DNA of 64,000 nucleotides, from positions 96,968,001 through 97,032,000 of the forward strand of contig OZ024745.1 in NCBI GenBank assembly GCA_964016885.1, read 5' to 3'. The number at the start of each line of letters is the position of its first letter. Within the stretch, counting starts at the first letter, position 1. Below the pieces are notes generated by a model. It saw only the letters and a program-made list of their open reading frames with translations. It was not told where the DNA came from and made no database searches. A program made the translations under genes and the position numbers. Positions 17,498 through 30,789 of the stretch are shown here, in pieces. Origin of the DNA: Eledone cirrhosa. Its lineage: Eukaryota.

Positions 17498-18063
17498 CAT
17501 ACATACATACAGAGAGAGAGGGAGAGAAAAAGAGAGATAGATGGATTACTCTGATTCTGAGCTGAAGTACTTTTATATGAAGTGGGTCAAGAATTGTTTT
17601 AATAATACTCTCGGTACAGTGAACTTATTCGAAGTGTATTTCAAATAATGAGCTGTTTATGTTATTATCATACCGACTGTGTTGTTTGTACCTCGGGTTG
17701 TACAGACATTCCTACATAGACATACACACTCCACACACATACACACACATGTTCACACTATTAGAAATATATATAATCACACAGACATAGAATAACAACT
17801 GGATGAGTTTAATAAAAGAATCCAATTTTAAAATATATCACTGGCACTTCTCTCTCTCTCTCTCTCTCTCTCCCTCTCTCTCTCTCTCTCTCCCTCTCTC
17901 TCTCACTCTCTCTCTCTCTCTCCACTCACACCAAAGTATATATATATATATGTGTATGTGTGTGTGTATGTGTGTACGTGTGTGTATGTGCGTTTGTGAT
18001 TGTGTATGCATACATATGTATAAATTTCCATCTATCTATCTATCTATCTATCTATCTATATAC

Positions 18064-18790
18064 ATGGGCGCCCGGGCAGGGACCCTGCAAAAAAGATCTG
18101 TCCGAGGTGCGTGCGAGACGAAGAAACCGTCGCGCACGCATTCATACACTGCCCGGGCGTCACTAACCTGTGGGGCTATGTAGAACGACTATTGTCGCGG
18201 GTGGGACCAATCCAGTTGACCACCGAGTCCATTGTCATGATCAAACCGCCACCCTCCTTCAAAAACGAAGGAGAGGCGGTTTTCCTTTGTGTGATAGCTA
18301 TGGCGAAAGAGGTTGTATGGTGGACAAGGTTGAAAGGGCTGAGGTCAGACACCTTTCTCTCCGGCCAACAACTGGTTCTTTTTTTCAAATACCACTTTGG
18401 AAGAAGAGTCAGGATGGAGAGAGAGGTGCTGTACCCAGCAAGTTTTATGAAAGGTGGGTGAAAGTGGCGAGAATGGCCCGAGTGTATGCGCCTTCTCTCT
18501 ATATCAGCCTGTAGGTTGAGGAAAAGGAGGAGGAGAGGAAAGGAGTACAAGCTCTTCGTACTCCTGGAGATGAGGGTTGCACATTTTTTTTCGGGGGTAT
18601 GTGTAACCCATATAAACTGTCTCCCTCTATTGGGGAAAATCGACTAACTTTTAAATTCCATCTGTGATAACATTTTACACGTTTTTATTGTATGTAAACT
18701 TCCCCATTTGTATTTGTCCCCTTCTTTTGTTCCCCTGTGGCTAATAAAGAAATATATCTATATATATGTGCCCCTGTGGCTAATAAAGAA
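18064..18790 (+). pseudogene. 3' fragment of an L1/Tx1-clade LINE ORF2 (CCHC zinc knuckle) with 3' UTR
   Basis: ICPRCVRDEETVAHAFIHCP...LW...AKEVVWWTR; duplicated cccctgtggctaataaagaa tail. Confidence 0.8.
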
Positions 18791-18799
18791 ACATATCTA

Positions 18800-18926
<127 letters not shown>

Positions 18927-19172
18927 AAATTGAGGTTGGTAATGGCACATGGAATATATAAGAGACAGAATACTTTTTTGTGAAAAAACATAATTTTATA
19001 AGGTAAGGAAATAATAAAGGGTATAAAAAATGACCGGTTTCGATGGGTCTGCAAAAGCCATCTTTTCAAATGTTGATTAATATTAAGAAAAATTAATAAT
19101 ACGAAGAGTTAAAATTTGAGACTTGAAAATTCAAGTATAAAATTCATTGTGGGATTTCATAGCAGTTTTCAT

Positions 19173-20141
19173 AAAAACCTCAACAAAGCTGGAATTTACC
19201 AAAAATGGATTAACTCAACACCGATAGTTTTACCACGTAAATTCCAAATAAAGCATATTACAAACGAACCTGAACCAGAAAGAAAACTCCGTGAACAAAT
19301 GTCACTCAACAGGATAAACATGGAAATAGAACTCCTAAAATTAAGGGCCACCTCAAACGAGCAAGAGTATAAGGATACTGATAAAAATATGGAGGAAGAA
19401 TGCACTAAAAAGGCCGAGGGAACAACCCTACAAAATTTAATCAAATCGTGGAAACAGGGCTGCGAGAATGCAGAAACTATTTCCCTTAAACGGTGGGAAA
19501 AATCCGAAAACTGGTTCCTCAAATATGAAGAAGACTTTAAAAGGACGCACCAAACAGGTAACCCCTTTATAAAGCATTTGAACATAACAAGAACTACAAC
19601 AGACACATTTACACCACCAAACCCAACACACACTAACCACAGGCACATCCCCCACCAACACAAACCAAATACGGCCAACTACACCAAAAGAAACACACCC
19701 AACCACCACAACACAGGTTTCCGTAGAAATGCCCCCTACATAAACCAACGACGAAATAACATAGATCCAACTCACAACACACACACCACATTCCTCAGAA
19801 GAAATCCACCCAGACCACTTGAAATCACAACAGAACTTACCCACAACCACACCAGACATCACCCTCAATCCAACAAAAGACAACCCCCCAGCCTCAACAC
19901 TCTGTACCACAGAAATAACGCACCCAGACCACATGAACCAACAACAGAACCCTTGCTCATCAACAACCACAACACATACCACCCCCACCATCACATTCAC
20001 CCTCATGAAACAACAAGCTACAGACCCACACGCAACAGACCAACAAAATATAATCACACACAAAACTACATTCCTTTTTTAGGGAAAAGCCTGAAATACC
20101 AGGATACTCGATGGCCCCCCCTCAGGAGAAACCAAAAATAA
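19173..20141 (+). CDS. PLE upstream ORF1, 5'-truncated: coiled-coil-like region plus N/H/T/P/R-rich low-complexity tail
   Basis: Open for about 320 codons from the inversion junction (ORF track 19116..20141, whose first 19 codons derive from the inverted pLTR); overlaps the RT ORF, which is in the -1 frame. Confidence 0.7.
   Translation, partial: KNLNKAGIYQKWINSTPIVLPRKFQIKHITNEPEPERKLREQMSLNRINMEIELLKLRATSNEQEYKDTDKNMEEECTKKAEGTTLQNLIKSWKQGCENAETISLKRWEKSENWFLKYEEDFKRTHQTGNPFIKHLNITRTTTDTFTPPNPTHTNHRHIPHQHKPNTANYTKRNTPNHHNTGFRRNAPYINQRRNNIDPTHNTHTTFLRRNPPRPLEITTELTHNHTRHHPQSNKRQPPSLNTLYHRNNAPRPHEPTTEPLLINNHNTYHPHHHIHPHETTSYRPTRNRPTKYNHTQNYIPFLGKSLKYQDTRWPPLRRNQK
20075..20126 (+). promoter_or_regulatory. 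Candidate -1 programmed ribosomal frameshift signal (T TTT TTA plus downstream CCTG/CAGG stem)
   Basis: Heptamer 20075-20081 is in X_XXY_YYZ phase with ORF1; the -1 frame is open from 20054 into the RT ORF. Confidence 0.65.
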
Positions 20142-22387
20142 TCAACCTCTCAAAGACACCTCTAACCAACACACAAATCAACATTTTAAGTAAGGGCCTG
20201 AAATTTACACCTACACCACGTAAACCAAACTTCCCCGAAATGAAGGATGACATCATGGAATACTGCCGAAAGCTGCGACTAACGGAATTCTTCCACAACG
20301 ACACCAACACTGAAGACGAATCACTGGTTAGAAATAAAAGCAATTTCTGCCCACAAAAGGGAAGAAATAAAGCACTGGACACGTACTGCGAACACATCAC
20401 CAACTTTCCCTATGAAAAAATTACAAATAAACACACGAAATCAAACCTATCTACACACGAATGGGAAGAATTATTCACACTTAGAAACAACCCTGAGATA
20501 ACTATCAAAGAAGCCGATAAAGGCAGTACTGTTGTCATTATGAATACGGACTACTATAGGACCCTCGCACTTAACATTTTAGAAAACAACACATACTATG
20601 AAAAAACAGAAAACTACAAACACACCAAAACAATGGGGAACCTTTTGACCTTACTGAATAAATACCGCAACAGCTTAACCACAAAAGAGTTTAACTATAT
20701 AAGCCACTTCAAATGCAATACAAGCTCTTTTTACGGGTTACCGAAACTTCACAAATGTAAACCCATAAACGATGCATGTGACACCTCAACCAACAATTAC
20801 ATTGAACTAACACCACCAGAAGACCTAAAACTCAGGCCAATTATAGCAGGCTCTACATGTGAAACCCACAGACTTAGCAACTTTCTGGACATCCTACTGA
20901 AACCCTTTCTACAACATATACAGAGCTACATACGAGATGACCTTGACATGCTGAAACACCTCCCTAAAACAGTAAGTGCAAATACAATTCTTGTCTCCTT
21001 TGACGTAATAAACCTCTACACAAACATACCTCACAACTATGGAATAACAGCAGTCCAATACTGGCTTAACACACACCCATCAGAAATACCGACACGCATC
21101 AACACAGATTTTATCACTGACGGACTCCGCTTTATCCTACAAAATAACTACTTCACATTCAATGGTTCAACATACAGACAAGTATCAGGTACGGCAATGG
21201 GCACGAAAGTAGCACCCACATATGCCAACCTAGTCATGGGATTCCATGAACAACAAATATACAGTCAGTCCCTTCTCTTATTTGGAGACTCTTTCCACAC
21301 ACACCTCAAAGCCAATTGGAAAAGATATCTAGACGACTGCTTTATCCTATGGCAAGAAGACATGAACTCACTTACTACGTTTAAAAACATGATAAACAAC
21401 ATAGATAATAACATACAATTCACAATGGAATCCAATCCTAAGGAATTAGCCTTCTTGGATATTCTCATCTCTGTAATAGACGGGAAATTAGATACAGATA
21501 TATTCTATAAACCCACAGATTCCAAGCAATACCTCTTTTTCACATCAAGTCACCCAAAACATACAAAACTTAACATTCCTTACAATTTGGCCAAACGTAT
21601 ATGTACCATAGTATCAGATCCACCTAAACGGGAGCAAAGACTAAAGGAACTAAAAGACACCCTTATCTTAAGAGCCTTTCCACTTGAAATAATCAACAAT
21701 GGAATAGACAGGGCAAAACACCTAAATCCCCATCAACTTAACAATCCAAAACAGAAAACCACACTCAACACCCTGCCATATGTATCCACTTTCAACCCCA
21801 GAAATAGCGAAATGTTTGATCACCTACACAAAAACCTCCCCATCCTACTTAAAGATGTAAAAATGAAGTCTATTCTTGAAACACACAAGATCCTTAAAAG
21901 TAAAAGACAACCCAAATCACTTAAACGCATTCTCACTGGACCAAATATACCCAAACCAATCCTCAACCCTACAGTTACCAAATGTGGTAGAACAAACTGT
22001 GGAACGTGCCTCTACCTCACTGAAGGACAAACATTTACATTCAAAGATGGCCAAACATTTACAGTAAAAAACAATTTCACCTGCAACTCGGAGAACTTGA
22101 TTTACGCAATAACTTGCGGTGGGTGCAAACACAACTACATAGGACAGACGGGCACCTCATTACGCAAAAGAATGACCATCCACCGCCAACAAATCCGGGA
22201 CGCTAACACAAGAAAAATCCCCTTGAGCAGCCATATTGCGAACTGCGCAGGAATGACACTACCCAACTTTAAAATCTTCCCCTTCTACAAGTGCTCAGAT
22301 TCGTTCACACAGCAACAAAGAATAAACAAAGAAAATCTATTCCTTAACAAATTTAAACCAAAACTAAACGGGTTATCACCCCAATAG
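20111..22387 (+). CDS. PLE reverse transcriptase with C-terminal GIY-YIG endonuclease
   Basis: ADKG, FYGLPKLHK, LRPII, SFDVINLYTNIP, QVSGTAMG, RYLDD, linker CGRTNCGTC, NLIYAITCGGC...YIGQT...H...H, terminal LN; 758 aa without stops. Confidence 0.96.
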   Translation: MAPPQEKPKIINLSKTPLTNTQINILSKGLKFTPTPRKPNFPEMKDDIMEYCRKLRLTEFFHNDTNTEDESLVRNKSNFCPQKGRNKALDTYCEHITNFPYEKITNKHTKSNLSTHEWEELFTLRNNPEITIKEADKGSTVVIMNTDYYRTLALNILENNTYYEKTENYKHTKTMGNLLTLLNKYRNSLTTKEFNYISHFKCNTSSFYGLPKLHKCKPINDACDTSTNNYIELTPPEDLKLRPIIAGSTCETHRLSNFLDILLKPFLQHIQSYIRDDLDMLKHLPKTVSANTILVSFDVINLYTNIPHNYGITAVQYWLNTHPSEIPTRINTDFITDGLRFILQNNYFTFNGSTYRQVSGTAMGTKVAPTYANLVMGFHEQQIYSQSLLLFGDSFHTHLKANWKRYLDDCFILWQEDMNSLTTFKNMINNIDNNIQFTMESNPKELAFLDILISVIDGKLDTDIFYKPTDSKQYLFFTSSHPKHTKLNIPYNLAKRICTIVSDPPKREQRLKELKDTLILRAFPLEIINNGIDRAKHLNPHQLNNPKQKTTLNTLPYVSTFNPRNSEMFDHLHKNLPILLKDVKMKSILETHKILKSKRQPKSLKRILTGPNIPKPILNPTVTKCGRTNCGTCLYLTEGQTFTFKDGQTFTVKNNFTCNSENLIYAITCGGCKHNYIGQTGTSLRKRMTIHRQQIRDANTRKIPLSSHIANCAGMTLPNFKIFPFYKCSDSFTQQQRINKENLFLNKFKPKLNGLSPQ

Positions 22388-22996
22388 AATTGTCATAAAA
22401 TATAAACACACATACGCACGGAATCACTACTATTAAAGACCAGAGACCAATTCTGTAGAATCAGGTTTATTCATTGACAGACCATGCCTTTGTGTGACCA
22501 ACACATCCATGTTAAACCCTGCACGTGCACACACATATATCTATATATATATGCGCACACAGAATTCACCACTGTCGGTTGCGGGGCCCAATCTACATGA
22601 AGAACTCAATGTGATCAGAATGACTTGTATTTTAATTTCACTGCCCCAACTTCTTATATTATGGAAAAAATATATGTGTCTGTATGTATATATATATATA
22701 TATATTTGAAGGCCATTTCTCTGTGTGTGGGTGTATGTATGTGTATATGTGTGTGTGTGTGTATGTGTGTGCATGTGGATGTATGTATTGTGTGTGCGTG
22801 TGTGTGTGTGTGTGTGTGTATGTATGTGGGTATCTGGATGTATGCGTATGTGTATATATATATATATATGCGTGTGTGTGTGTGTGTGTGTATATATATG
22901 TGTGTGTGTGTGTGTGTATATATATGTGTGTGTGTGTGTGTATGTTTGTATGTGTGTATGTATATATATATGTGTGTGTGTGTATGTATGTGTGGG

Positions 22997-23062
<66 letters not shown>

Positions 23063-23515
23063 ATGTGTATATATGTGTGTGTGTGTATGTGTGTATGTAT
23101 ATGTATGTGTGTGTGTATGTATGTGTGTATATGTATATATATATATATATATGTATGTATATGTATATGTATGTATGTGTGGATGAAGGTATGTGTGTAT
23201 ATATAGGTGTAAGTGCACTAAATCCCTTTCTATCACGCTCCACTCTCCTACCCATCACAGGAAGATATGTGTATGTATATTGCTTCCACCCCCTCACTGA
23301 CCAGCAGCTGGCCAGTTGGTGATTGCTAAATCTGACCTTTATAAAATAACCCACACCCCAAATAACTTCTCATTCACTACCAGAAAGGGACACAGCAGTC
23401 AACCTGTTGTTGCTACCAAGATGAAAACTGCTATGAAATCCCACAATGAATTTTATACTTGAATTTTCAAGTCTCAAATTTTAACTCTTCGTATTATTAA
23501 TTTTTCTTAATATTA

Positions 23516-23567
23516 ATCAACATTTGAAAAGATGGCTTTTGCAGACCCATCGAAACCGGTCATTTTT
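23516..23567 (+). ncRNA. Minimal hammerhead in the PLE pLTR, U3-A8 core variant (mirror copy about 19026-19077, minus strand)
   Basis: aacat TTGAAAA gatgg-cttttgcagac-ccatc GAAA ccgg TC atttt; stem I is weak. Confidence 0.72.
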
Positions 23568-23702
23568 TATACCCTTTATTATTTCCTTACCTTATAAAAT
23601 TATGTTTTTTCACAAAAAAGTATTCTGTCTCTTATATATTCCATGTGCCATTACCAACCTCAATTTTCTCTATAACCTTCGCTTTGTGTAGAAAATTACA
23701 CT

Positions 23703-23784
<82 letters not shown>

Positions 23785-23901
23785 ATGTGTGTGTGTGTGT
23801 GTATAAATGAAGTATTTCCGTAGGAAAGGTAAAGGAAAAGAGAATGCTCTATGTAGGCTACAGAGCTTTCAAATCTATATCACTATTCCATATTAAATAA
23901 A

Positions 23902-23968
23902 TATTTCTTCTGATGAATGAAGACAGACATAAATATCTGTCTTCAAGAAACCTCTGGTAAACGAAATA
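23902..23968 (+). ncRNA. Type I hammerhead ribozyme, canonical core
   Basis: tatttctt CTGATGA a-tgaagacaga-cataaata-tctgtcttca-a GAAA cc-tct-gg TA aa(c)gaaata. Confidence 0.8.
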
Positions 23969-23999
23969 ATTAACTTATATTGTTTATTAACTTCCTGAA

Positions 24000-24825
24000 T
24001 TGTACAGATTGATGTATGAAACTTTGATACAACTCAAAGGACATAATGGAAATTATTTTGCACTCGTCAATCCTTGTCGCACCTCTACATTACTTATGAA
24101 AAATTACATCTTTCAAATGGCGGCCATTTTCGGCTTTGCACAACCGTGCTCTTTCCATAACATGCTCCATAACAGCTGCAAGGGTTTCAGGTACCATTTC
24201 CTTGATTTCTCTATTGATGTTCTCCTTCAGTTACTCCAGGGTCTCCCGTTTGTTGACATAAACCCTCTCTTTCAGGTAACCCCACAAGAAGAAGTCAGTG
24301 CTAGTCCAATCTGGAGCAGGCGATGGCCAGTTGACATTGCCTCTATTGATAGTCTTGGAGCTTCAGTTGTTGAACCAGTTGCACCTTCTGAGAAACCTTT
24401 GCAGCGAAGTTCGTGAAATCCCGAGCTGTCTTGACCGCCTTCGAGTCAATGTGCCTGGATTTTCCTAGACACTCTCTCCAACTTGTTCCCGTCTCTCATT
24501 AGTTGTGACAGTGGAAGGTCTCCCAGATCGTTGGCGATCACTTACTGCTCCTTGCTCTTCGAAACGATTAACCAATTTCCTAATCGTACTGTCACTAGGA
24601 GCATCTCTCACGCGATAGTGTCGCCGATATGCTCTCTGAATTATCGTCTCCTGATTTTGGTAGAAGAATTTCATAACTTGGGTGCGTTGCTCTGTTGTGT
24701 ATTTTTCCATAATTAATTTCCCAGGCCTAGTTCATATAAAACCTGAAAAGAAAGAAAAAATATTATAAAATAAAAAGAAATTATAAACAGTTGCGACTCC
24801 TGTGTGACTGTTGGGCTACCCTGTA
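24000..24825 (-). mobile_element. Tc1/mariner-superfamily DNA transposon remnant with internal deletion
   Basis: HTH N-terminus MEKYTTEQR...IRKLVNRFEEQG...RSGRPST (24465..24710); C-terminus WPSPAPD...DFFLWGYLKERVY; TA-CAGGGT terminus at 24825. Confidence 0.85.
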
Positions 24826-24834
24826 TAAATATAA

Positions 24835-24909
<75 letters not shown>

Positions 24910-24911
24910 AT

Positions 24912-24942
<31 letters not shown>

Positions 24943-24944
24943 AA

Positions 24945-25000
<56 letters not shown>

Positions 25001-25076
25001 TATAAGACACAAGTCTGGGCAAAATGTTTATACATACTCGCATACACACTCAAGACACACGCTCACACATACACCA

Positions 25077-25135
<59 letters not shown>

Positions 25136-25469
25136 GTAACATGGTCGGGTCGTCAGCGACTAAACCGGCAACCCCACTGCGAAAGACTCCTAGTCTTCAT
25201 TAAGACATTTCTCTAGGAGAAGGTCACACTGCGTTTGCATCGAACGATGTAGACCATTCGATGTTTAGAGAGTGGGATTGGCTCCGTACAAAGCTTTCCC
25301 TCAATTAAAAAAGCTTCAAGCACAGGCATAGCTTGATATGTGATATTTTTGTGATGCATTGTATTGCTGGCCATAGGCAAGTCCATAGCAGGACTAAATA
25401 GGCACGTCTGTGGTGCTCATGCTTAAGTATCAAGCGATGGCATTACTCGAAATCGAGTTGCAGCCATCA

Positions 25470-26092
<623 letters not shown>

Positions 26093-26196
26093 TTGAATGA
26101 TGGATGCTCTGGACAAACTCCATTGAGCTTTTCTAATGAGAAACATATTTATCATACATATCATACGTTATGATATCTGAACTTAGTATATATGTG

Positions 26197-26274
<78 letters not shown>

Positions 26275-26747
26275 TATTTGTCTTTCTATCTATATTCCTG
26301 CTTATCTATCTGTCTGCCTGTCAATCTGTGTATCTATATATCTATCAATATATATACTTAGATAGATAGGTAGATGTTTACCAATGTATCTAGCTTCAGT
26401 GAAAAACGACAATAACCAGAAAGCACGAATCTCTCAAAAGCAGTCTGAAGATAGATAGATAGATAGATAGGTAGGTAGATAGATAGATACATAGATAGAC
26501 AGAACAAAGTCATTGTAATTCAGTAGATATGTGGCTGAAGGGTAAAGAGGGACAAGGGCATAGATATTAGAGAGTTAAAATATCTTTATATAGAATATAT
26601 TTTACTATAAACGCCATCATTTTTGGCGAGTAATAGTCTAGTATAGATATAAGGATATATATAGAGAGAGAGATAAAGCTGAAAATGGAAGTGGGATACA
26701 TATAATGAGATTAAAATGTATTATTACGCTCTAAATAGTGCGTTATA

Positions 26748-26921
26748 ATAATTGTTTCTACTTTTTGGCACAAGGCCAGCAATTATTCCAGTGTATTACT
26801 GGTACTTTATTTTATCGACCTCGTAAGAATGAAAGAAAAAGTTAACCTCGGCGGGATTTTAACTCAGTCCGTAAAGGGACGTAACTGTGTTGCAAAGCAT
26901 GGCGTCAGACCCTCAACCGAT
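26748..26921 (-). mobile_element. tRNA-derived SINE, same family as 14221
   Basis: Sequence match; tataata TSD-like flanks. Confidence 0.85.
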
Positions 26922-27113
26922 ATAATAATATCTATTGACATATATGCTACAAGACAACGGAATCTTTCTATAGAATAATCTTAATGGCTGTCACCTATAA
27001 ATTGATAAAGAGACTTTATACACGTTCTTATCGTAAGTGGTTTAGATAACTACTTGTCTATATTGTAATTTCAATATCTTTTGTATGTGTATCTAAATAT
27101 GCGCATGTATGTA

Positions 27114-27146
<33 letters not shown>

Positions 27147-27274
27147 GTATATATGTGTGTATGTATGTGTGTATGTATGTATGTAAATATGTATGCATGT
27201 ATGTATGTATGAATGTATGAATGTGCGCGTATATATGTATGATGTATATCTATATCTATCTATATATATATATA

Positions 27275-29060
27275 TAGGAACGAGTAGGACCCCGACGGCT
27301 GAGCTCAAGCCGTTTCGACGGCTAATTCTGGACTAAATGAACATTTTTATCCTGGTATTTGAATAGCCGAGCTTCTCAAGGGGTAATTCCATATATGGTA
27401 AAAGTGATTGTCACAAGGATTGGTCAAAAGTTTGTTGTTGAGACATAATAATTCTATCATGGCAATTTGTGGAGGGAAGGGGTAGCTGAACCTGCAAGTA
27501 GGAGAAAGAGGGAGAGAGGGTGGAGGAGACCCAGTCATGCGTTGATAGTGCCGACTACAGCTGGGCATGAGGTCAAAAAAGATACTAGGGAGGGGGAGGG
27601 GGAGGAAGTCGAAACAATAAGTAAAACAATGTGGGGTAAATATATAGAAAAATACCGAGAGTGTTAAAAAGCAATTAAATGTAAAAAAAAAAATAAATAA
27701 AAAAAATAAAAATAAACAATTTCTGGTTACTACGACCTAAGGACAGCTATCAAGTCTCTCACTGGTACTGCTAGGCTAAAGAAAGGTTTACTAGGTGGGA
27801 CGGAATTATAATGAGACCCTTTTAAGAGGTATAAGTAATAAACCGAGTATATCTTACGGCGACGGGTCAACAAGTGAGGGGCCAAAATACTAAAGAAACT
27901 ACCATGAAATAATAAATAAAGGTTTCTACCCCAGGCACAAGGCCAGCAACCACCCAGTGCAAAAAAATAAACTAATACGAAATAATAATTCAGAATCCCG
28001 AAAAAGAATACTAATACTATCTCTAAGGGTGCCGCCACGATACAAAAATTCTAGTGCAAACTACATAAATGCTCGTACGAAGTATATGTAAAATTTGATA
28101 TGGAAAATTAATTCACAATACCCCCCCCCCAAAAAAAAAATAAATACTGATATACGAGAAATTAAAGCAAAGATACCACTAAGAAATATAGAAAGCACGG
28201 AAAAGGGGCAACGATCGGATAAGAAGGCAAGTATCCGGGGTCTAACACATCTGCTATAAAAAGCGGAGTCGGCCAAATCTAGCATAGAATAGGGGAAGGG
28301 GTGGGGGTACTGAGCCTACAAAGGACTGAGGGGCTGCCTCGGGTGGGCGAGAAAATGAAAAGGACGACGACAAAGAAGGAGGACTGGGGTGGAAGGACAA
28401 TCACTTTTACCATATATGGAATTACCCCTTGAGAAGCTCGGCTATTCAAATACCAGGATAAAAATGTTCATTTAGTCCAGAATTAGCCGTCGAAACGGCT
28501 TGAGCTCAGCCGTCGGGGTCCTACTCGTTCCTATTACCCACTCTACTACCCTAAGTATTGAGTACTTTGGTACGTTATGGTCCACCTGGTTCCTTACCAC
28601 ATTTCCTCCGTTATCTAGCTCCTATTCCCGTAGTAGAGCACTTTCCGACCCTACCACGCCGTATCCAGACTTTCCCGCTAAGCTCAAGTTCTTTCGAATT
28701 TGCCACTGACCAAGTAGACAGTGAATTTTTTCAATGTCCTGGAATTTAGTCCCCGCTCGCTTTTTTCCATCCATTGAATTATTTTTATATGAGTTCCTTG
28801 TGTCCACGCATTGCCTAGGAACTTAGCTGAGAATAGACTCCCGAATGACGTAAGGTTTCTCTATGATTACAGTACGTAACCATATTTATTCCCTTACAGA
28901 AACTAATTAGTTGGAATGAAAATTTTAGTAAGTAAGTCAATTTTCATAATTCTCTTATTTTACGTCTTTCATATAATTGTTCTGCATCCCCTTGCATTGA
29001 ACTACAAAGTTACTAAGACTAAACCTATATATTTGCTAGCATAGGTATGCATCTGTATAC
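27275..29060 (+). mobile_element. Non-coding PLE-like remnant with inverted pLTR (27275-27411 / 28396-28533)
   Basis: Apparently identical inverted arms containing an HHR; TA-rich flanks; right boundary approximate. Confidence 0.7.
28424..28519 (+). ncRNA. Type I hammerhead ribozyme, U3-A8 variant (mirror copy 27289-27384, minus strand)
   Basis: acccc TTGAGAA g..cggcta-loop-tagccg.c GAAA cggct-tgagctc-agccg TC ggggt. Confidence 0.85.
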
Positions 29061-29083
29061 ATATGTTGGTAGATATACTAATT

Positions 29084-29176
<93 letters not shown>

Positions 29177-29183
29177 CGGACAA

Positions 29184-30680
<1,497 letters not shown>

Positions 30681-30700
30681 GTAATAATAATAAATTTGAA

Positions 30701-30761
<61 letters not shown>

Positions 30762-30789
30762 ATATATATAAAATATAAAGATTAACATA

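Noticed and set aside
20111-22387. Naiad-type selenoprotein recoding
   Set aside because: No in-frame TGA and the endonuclease is C-terminal; ATGA...TGA motifs in families A and C lack a SECIS-length helix
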